DNA of 64,000 nucleotides, taken from sequence record MN176217. One strand, 5' to 3'. The translations under genes and the position numbers were made by a program. The DNA comes from Escherichia phage vB_Eco4M-7. Below the pieces are notes generated by a model that had not been told where the DNA came from, searched no databases, and worked only from the letters and a program-made list of their open reading frames with translations. Positions 56,157 to 64,000 of this stretch are shown here, one piece after another. Every line of letters starts with the position of its first letter. Position 1 is the first letter of the stretch.

Positions 56157-57341
56157 TTAACGCGCTTTCAAATCACGGTACACGGTCAGATTCTTCTTAG
56201 CGCGGGTGATTGCGGTGTACATCATCTTGGAGTACGGGACGCCGCGCAAGATTTCTTCCAGCACGCACACGTTATCCCACTCGCTGCCTTGCGATTTGTG
56301 CACCGTGATTACATAGCCATAGTCCATCCCGCCAACAGCGCGTTGCGCTTCTTTGCGCACTTCCTGATCAGTAGAGAAGGAAAGAGGATTGATCTTCACC
56401 TTTATATCTTTACCATCAGTTAATGAACGCAAGTTGACATACATTATTTCATTCGACTCGTCTTCATCCCTTTCAAAGTCCGGCACTGGTTCATAGCTAA
56501 TAACAATCCCCTGCTCGCCATTACAGAATCCTGGCCCGTGCTGGTTGAAGGTGCAAATAACTTTCTCGCCGATTCCTGGCATTGGCGTTATACGTCCGCT
56601 CACTTGCCGTAATAATGAATTCCATTTATCTTTGGTGCTATTATAGGAGCAAATAATTTGATCATCTTCGCCCATGAATTTCTTCAATGCAGTAACGCGC
56701 GGCGATTCTGCCAATACTTTGACGTCATCGTATTCACGCGGAGGAAGGCGGTTGCCTTGGCGCACGAAGAAGGAGGCGCGGATTATATTGGACTCTTTCC
56801 CTTGCCGCATGATTTCGGTTAACAGCACGTCAACGGCATCTTCAGTAAAGTAGGCGGCGGCTTTTACCGGAGGGACTTGTCCAATGTCGCCTAATGCCAG
56901 GACAGGGATGCGGTGATCAAGAAGGCGCTCTGTGTCCCACTCGCCAACCATCGACGCTTCATCGAGTACAACAAGGTGCGGCCTTTCATCCAGCTTTGAC
57001 TTTCTCGAAAAGATTGGCTCATTGTCGTCATTTACGCCGCGCACGTTATAGATGAACTGGTGAAGGGTCTTAGCGCCACGACAGCCTTTTTGCTTTAATC
57101 GGCTTGCAGCCTTTCCGGTCGGCGCAATATAGATAGCGCCGTACTCACCGACACAGCGGCGCACAATCTCACGAGCAATAGAGGTTTTACCAGTCCCTGC
57201 ATAGCCAGCAATGAAAAACACACGCTTCGTCGTTTTACCGTCCTGCAATCGCTTGTACCATGCAACGGCCTTCTCGATGGCATCGATTTGTTGCGCGTTA
57301 AACTGAATAACTGGCTCATCATTAAATTCTGGAATGTTCAT
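56157..57341 (-). CDS. SF1B DNA helicase (Dda / RecD-like)
   Basis: Walker A GYAGTGKTS and downstream helicase motifs. Confidence 0.7.
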   Translation of the reverse strand: MNIPEFNDEPVIQFNAQQIDAIEKAVAWYKRLQDGKTTKRVFFIAGYAGTGKTSIAREIVRRCVGEYGAIYIAPTGKAASRLKQKGCRGAKTLHQFIYNVRGVNDDNEPIFSRKSKLDERPHLVVLDEASMVGEWDTERLLDHRIPVLALGDIGQVPPVKAAAYFTEDAVDVLLTEIMRQGKESNIIRASFFVRQGNRLPPREYDDVKVLAESPRVTALKKFMGEDDQIICSYNSTKDKWNSLLRQVSGRITPMPGIGEKVICTFNQHGPGFCNGEQGIVISYEPVPDFERDEDESNEIMYVNLRSLTDGKDIKVKINPLSFSTDQEVRKEAQRAVGGMDYGYVITVHKSQGSEWDNVCVLEEILRGVPYSKMMYTAITRAKKNLTVYRDLKAR

Positions 57342-57676
57342 TATAACTCCACTACGCTGTCAAGGTCCAGATATACTGGAATAAAATGGCAATCTTCTTT
57401 TCGTTCAAACATCTCACCATCAACATGGCTGAAGAAAACAGTTGTGTTTGGTATCTTCCATCCTTTCTCGTCGCGCACTAAGTACGCCATGGATTCAACA
57501 GGGATGTACAGCGATACCGGATTTGCGGCAAAAATAAATTTGATTCTGTCTGGTTGACCCAGGAATCGCATGATTGTTAGGCTTGAATTCAATCTTGTAT
57601 TAAGGAAGGACTCAACGATTCCGACGTGTGTTGCACGTTCGCGTTGCTTCGTCTCTTTTTCGTTCATTTCAGGCAA
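57341..57676 (-). CDS. hypothetical protein
   Basis: ORF 111 aa, first gene of minus-strand operon. Confidence 0.4.
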   Translation of the reverse strand: MPEMNEKETKQRERATHVGIVESFLNTRLNSSLTIMRFLGQPDRIKFIFAANPVSLYIPVESMAYLVRDEKGWKIPNTTVFFSHVDGEMFERKEDCHFIPVYLDLDSVVEL

Positions 57677-57770
57677 CCTTTGTTAGTGCGGAAATATTTT
57701 TTGATAGTATAATTGCAGATATAGTATAAAGCAAAGTAAATCGAAATTGTGAACTAAATGGTAAATATTG

Positions 57771-57798
57771 TTGACTTTGTATCACTCAATATTATACT
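57771..57798 (+). promoter_or_regulatory. sigma70-like promoter (-35 TTGACT, 16-bp spacer, -10 TATACT) in divergent intergenic region
   Basis: Hexamers read from sequence; AGGAAAG RBS and ATG 57828 follow. Confidence 0.45.
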
Positions 57799-57827
57799 GC
57801 AGGTATTGATCACCGAAGGAAAGAAAG

Positions 57828-58910
57828 ATGGCTAGTTTAAGAGAAGAAGCAAAAATAATTGAAGAGTTTTTAACAGAACTCCAAAGAGGCATTCCAGAAG
57901 ATGAGCGCGTCATGACGGTGTTTGCTCCTGAAGCAACGGTACAGACCGACGAGCGCGGCAAGAAGATTAACAGCAGCTTCTGGCCTAAGCCTTGGAAGTT
58001 GGGCAAGCCGCTCATGCAGCACCAAAACGGCTATGCTTGCATCAGTTCAATGCGTAAGTCTCCCAACCCAAAGACGGGTGAGATGCGATACTGGCGTACA
58101 GAGTCTGCCTTTGGTCACGGCATGGCGATGATGGTTGATGACATCGGTCACGGTAAAGGGTCCAAAGGCGATTTAGATTTGGAATTCTTTTTCGAGCGAC
58201 TGAAGCCGACTGTCATCGTCGAGACTTCACCGAACAACCACCAGCTTTGGTACTTCTTTAAAGAACCGATTGGCCATCTTATTCAGTTCAAAGCGTTCCT
58301 TGGGTCTTTCGTTAACATGGTACTCAAGAAGGGCGGCGACAACACGATTAAAGACGTAACGCGCGTGGGTCGTGTTCCTGGGTGCATCAATAACAAGCGT
58401 GTGACTCACGACGGCCCCTATAAATATGTCGATGAGAACGGCGACCCGTTCCGCTGCCGACTTGTCCATGCAGACTACTCCTTGCGCTACACCATCGAAG
58501 ACATTTGTCAGGCATTTGGCTTTCACGTCGTCATGCCGCAAAAGCGTGAGATTCAAATTGACGTCGATGAATACAAGTATGATGCTGTTTGGTATAAAAT
58601 AGCCCAGCAGATTCTAGCGCGCAACAAGATGGGTGAAGGGTCTGATGGCGACGTCATCGAGAATATGTCAGGCAAGTGTCGCATAATCTGTCCTTGGGGT
58701 GAAGAGCACACCAACGGCGACCCGTATGGCGCTTACTTTCGCGGCCCTATCCCTGGTGCAGAACATGAATTTGTGTTCGGTTGCGCCCACGACTGCCACC
58801 GGAAAGGGGAAGGCAAGAAAGGTTGGACTGCTTTTGTTGAAGCAATCGTCATGCCTTATATTGAGAATCAACTTGACATGATAAATCGTCGTGCAGGTGG
58901 CATAAAATAG
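57828..58910 (+). CDS. Putative DNA primase / primase-polymerase with C-terminal Cys/His zinc-binding cluster
   Basis: Acidic MMVDDIGHG motif; C-terminal CPWGEEH...CAHDCH cluster. Confidence 0.4.
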   Translation: MASLREEAKIIEEFLTELQRGIPEDERVMTVFAPEATVQTDERGKKINSSFWPKPWKLGKPLMQHQNGYACISSMRKSPNPKTGEMRYWRTESAFGHGMAMMVDDIGHGKGSKGDLDLEFFFERLKPTVIVETSPNNHQLWYFFKEPIGHLIQFKAFLGSFVNMVLKKGGDNTIKDVTRVGRVPGCINNKRVTHDGPYKYVDENGDPFRCRLVHADYSLRYTIEDICQAFGFHVVMPQKREIQIDVDEYKYDAVWYKIAQQILARNKMGEGSDGDVIENMSGKCRIICPWGEEHTNGDPYGAYFRGPIPGAEHEFVFGCAHDCHRKGEGKKGWTAFVEAIVMPYIENQLDMINRRAGGIK

Positions 58911-59117
58911 TTTGCTTTTATTTTCATAGCAACTATAATCATTTTATGAACTGAAGCAGAGGTGATTCATGCAAAGCGAAGAATTGAACATCGAGGTTGA
59001 ATGTCTGTTAAAGTCGTTAGAACCTAAACCAGCAGAGCTTCCGACCCTTCAAGGAGTCATGGCTCACCATCAAGCGGCTGCGGCCAAACAATACTCTGAA
59101 TTTGTTAAGGAATAAAA

Positions 59118-59408
59118 ATGAACGAACCAAAAATGATGACCGTTGAAGAAGCACAAAAGCTTCGTGTTGAAAACGAGCTTAAGCTTGTCAACCAGATTCT
59201 CCCCTTGTTTGCAGGCTACGCAGTGGAGGAAGTTGTTGGGGCAATCCTTAACGTATCCACGCATGTCGCTATGAATCTTCAGGCAGAGCGATTCAACACG
59301 CTGCTGACTATTAAAGACCTTACCGTCAGCGCAACGTTCACTGTTGAGCCAGTCAATTTTGACGAAGCTTCAGCCGCGATTCAACAACAAAGAGATCAAG
59401 AGGTGTAG
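59118..59408 (+). CDS. hypothetical protein
   Basis: ORF 96 aa. Confidence 0.35.
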   Translation: MNEPKMMTVEEAQKLRVENELKLVNQILPLFAGYAVEEVVGAILNVSTHVAMNLQAERFNTLLTIKDLTVSATFTVEPVNFDEASAAIQQQRDQEV

Positions 59409-59409
59409 C

Positions 59410-59673
59410 ATGGGCGCTTTCCGTAACGAGTTCATCTGGAACGTCACCAGCAATCTCTCGACTTGTCCTAACTGTGCGAGCGATGTTATCAAGGTGCGGC
59501 AGCATCGCAACGCGGAGGAAGGTGCCTGGGAAGATGGCGACCTTGTAGAGTGCCAGTGCTGCTCTCATGAAGGTGTTGTGGAACTTCACGCTGGCAAAGG
59601 TTGTCCACCAGCAGAACGTACAGCACGCGTTGAATGGGATGCAACAGACTCCATTGGTGATCCTCAACAGTAA
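59410..59673 (+). CDS. Small zinc-ribbon protein
   Basis: ATG 59410 after AGAGGTG RBS; CPNC...CQCC cysteine pairs. Confidence 0.35.
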   Translation: MGAFRNEFIWNVTSNLSTCPNCASDVIKVRQHRNAEEGAWEDGDLVECQCCSHEGVVELHAGKGCPPAERTARVEWDATDSIGDPQQ

Positions 59674-59792
59674 ATTTAGGTATAGATACTTATGAAAGCC
59701 GTAAAGAAATACACATTAATCATTTCCCTTGTCATCATCCTGGGGCTATTATATGTATTGGATATGGCATATTATTTGGCAGGGGTGAGTGG

Positions 59793-60083
59793 ATGAATAT
59801 TGTAATTCTTTATGGTGAAAATATCAGCGATGACGACATCGAAGTTGCCGTTGATGTTTACGGTATCGATGAGGTGAAACGTGTTGAAGAAATTAGTGGC
59901 GCAAATCTCAATGAGATTGTCAAAGAGGCTGGCTGTCCTTCGGAAGAGATTCTGGTGGTTACTAACGATGACCTGTCTTCTATGGATCATTTGCGCCGCA
60001 TCTTCACCGATTGCCAATACCTTCATGCTGTTCAATCAGTAAACAAATTGAGAAAGGCATACGCCAACCAATTTCCTTGCTGA
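59793..60083 (+). CDS. hypothetical protein
   Basis: ORF 96 aa. Confidence 0.35.
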   Translation: MNIVILYGENISDDDIEVAVDVYGIDEVKRVEEISGANLNEIVKEAGCPSEEILVVTNDDLSSMDHLRRIFTDCQYLHAVQSVNKLRKAYANQFPC

Positions 60084-60219
60084 TAGTTCACCAGTTATAT
60101 TGCTTTAAATTGAGTTTTACTATATTAATATACAACGCCAGATTTCTGGCGTTTATTTACCGCACCCTGAAAGGATATATCCATGCAACAATATAACAAA
60201 GCCGTATCAGGAGGATTAA

Positions 60220-61890
60220 ATGTCAATTAATAATGGCAATCTTCCAGAGGATACAGGTGATGAATTTGGTGCAATCTTTGACGAAATTCAAGATGCAGGC
60301 GTTTCGGAAGAAATGCAGGCAGCAGAGCAGCAAGGCACCAGAGCTAAAATCAGCCTTCAACATAAAGCTGTTGAAAAAGATTCAGAGCGCATGGAATGCT
60401 ACGGTGAAGAAGACTTGGTTGAAAGAGCACGCTTGCTCGCCTCACTTCAGGTAATCAAGTTCCCTCACTACAAGCCTACCAAAGATGACTTCGTTCTACA
60501 GGCAGACCGGACGAGTGACATGAACCGTTATGCGGTTTTCGACGCGTTGTTTGATAAGGGAAGTGGCGTTGTTCCATTCCCTCACAAAGATACTTTTCGT
60601 GGGCGCTTAGTCGACCATCGCGGCGAAACATTCACCGACCGTACTTTGGAAGTCACAGAGATAGTTGCCGCTGTCGACGCAGCAGGATTGTCCAACCCAA
60701 ACTCACGTCAGGTCGCTCAATCCTATAAGGAATGGGCCTTGCGTTATCAGCGCGACGACCTGATGGACTTCTTCTACAAGAAGCTGCCTGAATGGGACGG
60801 TACTGCGCGCATCGAGAAATACCTTATCGAGCTATTCCGACCGTTCGATACAGAGTTAAACCGACAAATCGGTGTGTATTTTTGGCTATCGCTCTACAAC
60901 CGCCTGACCAACCCTGGCTGTCAAGCGCCAATCTCCATCGCGCTCATCGGCGGCCAGAACGCAGGGAAGAGTTATTTTAGCAAGCTGCTTTGCGAAGCTA
61001 TTATGAACGACCGCCACGCAACACCGATTCCGTTGAACTTAGCCGCGCAAAACTTCAACCCGTTCTTGCGAGCTATTACGGGTCGCTCGATTATCGCGAA
61101 CGTCGGCGAGATGACAGGCTTTAAAAAGGCCGACATCGAAAACATGAAAGCATTCCTGACTAAGACGGAAGATGACCTGGACTTCAAATTTGAAGATACG
61201 CAGGTTAAACCACGCCAGTGGATTGCGATCATGGACGGCAACGAATACGCAGGCATGCAGCGTGACGACACGGGCAACCGTCGTGTGTACCCTATCTTTG
61301 TTGGCCAACTCGCTGACAAGGACGGGCAACCGAACTGGTCTAAGGACTTCCAAGCCGACCTTTCCACTTTGAAAGAAGACGTTTGGCAGCTTATGGCTGA
61401 GTGCGCTGCGTGGATGGAGAAGCACGGCGAAGCAGGCTATAACGCGTTTGTTGGTGAAACATCTCGAATGCTTACTGAGTTCAGTAAAAACGAAATGGAA
61501 CGTGCGCGCGGCGTTATCCGTGATGAGATGGTGGACAACGACCTTGTTGAAGTCGTCATCACCGCGCCTTATGACCGACATCACAGCGGACGCTGGCACA
61601 TCACCAGTGGTGCTATTGCTATGGGATTCAGAGCGAAGTGTGGCAAGTCGCCTTTCTCTCGTACCCTTGCGCCGCACATGTCGAAGCTTGGTTTTGAGCC
61701 TGCAACCTATCGCAACCAGCGCGGGTACTTTACGCCGCTGATTAAGAATGAAGCAGGAGAATACATTTCTGATTTGATGACCATCTTAGCGTATCTTATC
61801 CGCGATGAGTCTGACCCTGAAGATATTGAATTCTTGAAGAAGGTTATTGAGCGTAAACGTTCTTTGGGAAGAGATAAGGATGAATTCTGA
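60220..61890 (+). CDS. P-loop NTPase, VirE / D5-like primase-associated helicase candidate
   Basis: Walker A IGGQNAGKS in the middle of a 556-aa protein; downstream of primase. Confidence 0.5.
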   Translation: MSINNGNLPEDTGDEFGAIFDEIQDAGVSEEMQAAEQQGTRAKISLQHKAVEKDSERMECYGEEDLVERARLLASLQVIKFPHYKPTKDDFVLQADRTSDMNRYAVFDALFDKGSGVVPFPHKDTFRGRLVDHRGETFTDRTLEVTEIVAAVDAAGLSNPNSRQVAQSYKEWALRYQRDDLMDFFYKKLPEWDGTARIEKYLIELFRPFDTELNRQIGVYFWLSLYNRLTNPGCQAPISIALIGGQNAGKSYFSKLLCEAIMNDRHATPIPLNLAAQNFNPFLRAITGRSIIANVGEMTGFKKADIENMKAFLTKTEDDLDFKFEDTQVKPRQWIAIMDGNEYAGMQRDDTGNRRVYPIFVGQLADKDGQPNWSKDFQADLSTLKEDVWQLMAECAAWMEKHGEAGYNAFVGETSRMLTEFSKNEMERARGVIRDEMVDNDLVEVVITAPYDRHHSGRWHITSGAIAMGFRAKCGKSPFSRTLAPHMSKLGFEPATYRNQRGYFTPLIKNEAGEYISDLMTILAYLIRDESDPEDIEFLKKVIERKRSLGRDKDEF

Positions 61891-62537
61891 TGAATAAAGC
61901 AATCAACATCGCTAAATTCTTTCAACATCTTGGTGAACTGAACAAAGAAAGTGACGTTCACGGCGAAGAAATGAACCGAATGATCTCAACCGTGTTGCGT
62001 GGCTTTGGTTATGATAAGGACTCGATCACTTGCAAGCGTACAAAGCTTGTCGATGAGTCTTATCTTTACTACGTAGAGCTGCGCATCGGGAAAGATGTGA
62101 TGATCATTGACCCTAAACTGGAAGGGGCGCACTGTTTTGGCGCTCACCCTCGTGCGAGTGAATTCAAGGGTCGCGGTCGCAACCGAATCCAGAAGCTTGA
62201 TGACGCAGGCGACTTGAACATTGCCATGTTCCTTAAAGAGTTCCTTGCTCTTCCAAAGGTTGCATCATCCACTGGTCGTGATGACCCTTGCAAGATTGGC
62301 TTCAGAACTAAAGATTTGCGCAATGCGCTACGCAAGAAGGGATTTGTGCCTTCTTATGACAACGTCGCCGCGCTGATGGCTTCAATGGAGGAAGCTGAAG
62401 CGATGGACAAGGTGCGCGGCTATTTCCTGAATACAGGCTTCACCATGTATGAATGGCACACGAAGGGATTGACTGTCGCCGACTTCATCTATTCATTAGA
62501 GCAGAAGTATGTACGCAATATGCAGGCCACAGGATAA
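61890..62537 (+). CDS. hypothetical protein
   Basis: ORF 215 aa overlapping upstream stop. Confidence 0.4.
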   Translation: MNKAINIAKFFQHLGELNKESDVHGEEMNRMISTVLRGFGYDKDSITCKRTKLVDESYLYYVELRIGKDVMIIDPKLEGAHCFGAHPRASEFKGRGRNRIQKLDDAGDLNIAMFLKEFLALPKVASSTGRDDPCKIGFRTKDLRNALRKKGFVPSYDNVAALMASMEEAEAMDKVRGYFLNTGFTMYEWHTKGLTVADFIYSLEQKYVRNMQATG

Positions 62538-62972
62538 TTATCATCAAAATATTTGCTTTTCTGACGAGGTGATATTATGATTAATTTAGACAGGATTGAG
62601 TTAGCACTTAGTACCTTAATCAAATATTACCAGTTTGCTTTTAAGGCTAGTTTGTTCGGCTTGTTCAATCCTCATCAAGCAGCAAAGGCGCGAAGCAATG
62701 CCAACCGCCTGCGCTGCACTGGTATAGTTATCCACGACCGGATATTGACAGAGGGTAGATTCAGCCATGAATACACAGGGGAGAATAACAAATCAACGTA
62801 GGGCTTTACAAGTCCTCATCCACTACCTGTCACGCCTTTATCCAACGGCGCACGAGCAGAATCCAGCACCTGGCAATCTGTTTAAGCGCCGTAACCTTTC
62901 GTTAAAAACATTCGCTTTAATCCAACATGACCGCTACCTGGACGGGCGCTACTGCGGCCCGAAGGATTCTCT

Positions 62973-63251
62973 ATGATTACTACATACAAAGTATTCTTTG
63001 TCAAGTGCACATCATCTATTGATGACCAATTTACTGCTGGCAAGAATTATCCCGTGATTTCTGAGTCAAGGCTAGATATAATCTTGAATGATCATGAAAT
63101 CTATGAGCCGATGCCAGCAACTGCGTTTGACGTTATCGGTCACGTTCGGATTAAGACGAATGTTGAGACGATGCATGACCCGTTGTTCAAGAAGCAAATC
63201 AAGAATGCCATGCAAGACTTTTGCGCGGCTATGTTTAAATATTATAAGTGA
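62973..63251 (+). CDS. hypothetical small protein
   Basis: ORF 92 aa. Confidence 0.3.
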   Translation: MITTYKVFFVKCTSSIDDQFTAGKNYPVISESRLDIILNDHEIYEPMPATAFDVIGHVRIKTNVETMHDPLFKKQIKNAMQDFCAAMFKYYK

Positions 63252-63258
63252 GTTGAAG

Positions 63259-63480
63259 ATGAGCAAGAAAACCCTTAAGGCTGGCGACCGTATCCGTTGG
63301 GTATCAGGACAACATATGCGAGCAGGCACCATCCTTGAGCTGGATGAATACCTTACCGATTCTCGCGGTCGAAATCACTACCGCGTCAGAATCGATACAG
63401 TAAAAGAAGATGACAAGTCACTGGTTGGTGAGGTCGTCATTGTAACTCCACGTCAAATCAAGGCGGCTTGTGAAGCATGA
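63259..63480 (+). CDS. hypothetical small protein
   Basis: Internal ATG of track ORF 63088..63480 (MSKKTLKAGDRIRW...). Confidence 0.3.
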   Translation: MSKKTLKAGDRIRWVSGQHMRAGTILELDEYLTDSRGRNHYRVRIDTVKEDDKSLVGEVVIVTPRQIKAACEA

Positions 63481-64000
63481 ATAAATATCAATTTAGCGAT
63501 AATAAAATCAGCAAGGCAGACGCAATCAAGCAGCTTCGCCGCGTACTTGAAGCCAGCGGACATACGAAAGAGCGTGCACGCGTCCTTGCCAAAGAGCATT
63601 ATAAACGTTTCGTGTCACAAATCAGAGGTTAATTATGATCATACATCGCCCTTTAATGTTAAAGAAAGAAGAGTGTGAAGAAATTTTACACGCATTGAGA
63701 CGTGCAGAGGCAGATGTTAACCTTCGTGTAAGGGTGAGAGACTTTATCATGAAGGAGTTTGAAAGTGATGACGTTGACTATGCCATTGATGAATTACTGA
63801 AGCGCAACGTCAAAGGCGCAACAAGACCCATTTGCCATCAATCACGTTGCGTAAGAGTTCCTATTAAAACTTATGTTGATAAAAAGCCGCGCCTTAAGCC
63901 AATTGACATATTTGACATAAAGAACGGCGACTCAATCATAAGCAAGGACGCGGAAGAGGGTGCAATTCCTGTCAATGGCCGAGTGATTCACGTGTCGCAC

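Noticed and set aside
58968-59099. Small 43-aa ORF with GAGGTG ribosome-binding site in the gap before 59118
   Set aside because: Short, no hydrophobic or motif features, and ends in a low-complexity S/G tail; kept only as a possibility
1-64000. Integrase, repressor or other lysogeny module, and tRNA genes
   Set aside because: No tyrosine or serine recombinase-like ORF and no convincing cloverleaf-like segment recognised by eye in the non-coding gaps; a tRNA scan was not run, so absence is not proven

Overview
This 64-kb window is part of a tailed dsDNA phage genome with a contractile-tail (myovirus-type) gene set. No integrase, tRNA, rRNA or CRISPR array was recognised. All calls come from reading the sequence and the supplied ORF translations; no database search was run, so family names are motif-based recollections. 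Layout: (i) 1-5.2 kb, small early-type genes on the + strand with repeat-rich regulatory DNA; (ii) 5.9-11.4 kb, a minus-strand block including a tail fibre with a C-terminal S74-type intramolecular chaperone; (iii) 11.5-40.1 kb, + strand morphogenesis module (large terminase, portal, MuF-like head protein, protease/scaffold, major capsid, sheath, two tube paralogs, tape measure with lytic transglycosylase domain, baseplate J, two large fibre proteins, GH19 endolysin); (iv) 40.3-57.7 kb, minus-strand replication and nucleotide-metabolism module (DNA ligase, MazG-like, gp2.5-like SSB, SNF2 helicase, VRR-NUC, DnaE-type polymerase, DnaQ-type exonuclease, Dda-like helicase); (v) 57.8-64 kb, + strand primase and VirE-like NTPase. 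The best candidates for something undescribed are a five-enzyme cluster embedded in the replication module (VOC, SDR, HAD, variant ThyX, FAD oxidoreductase), a palindromic GGATGATACG cassette duplicated at about 2.1 kb and 18.2 kb, an ATTTGCACTAT motif array, and an inorganic-pyrophosphatase-like signature at the portal C-terminus.
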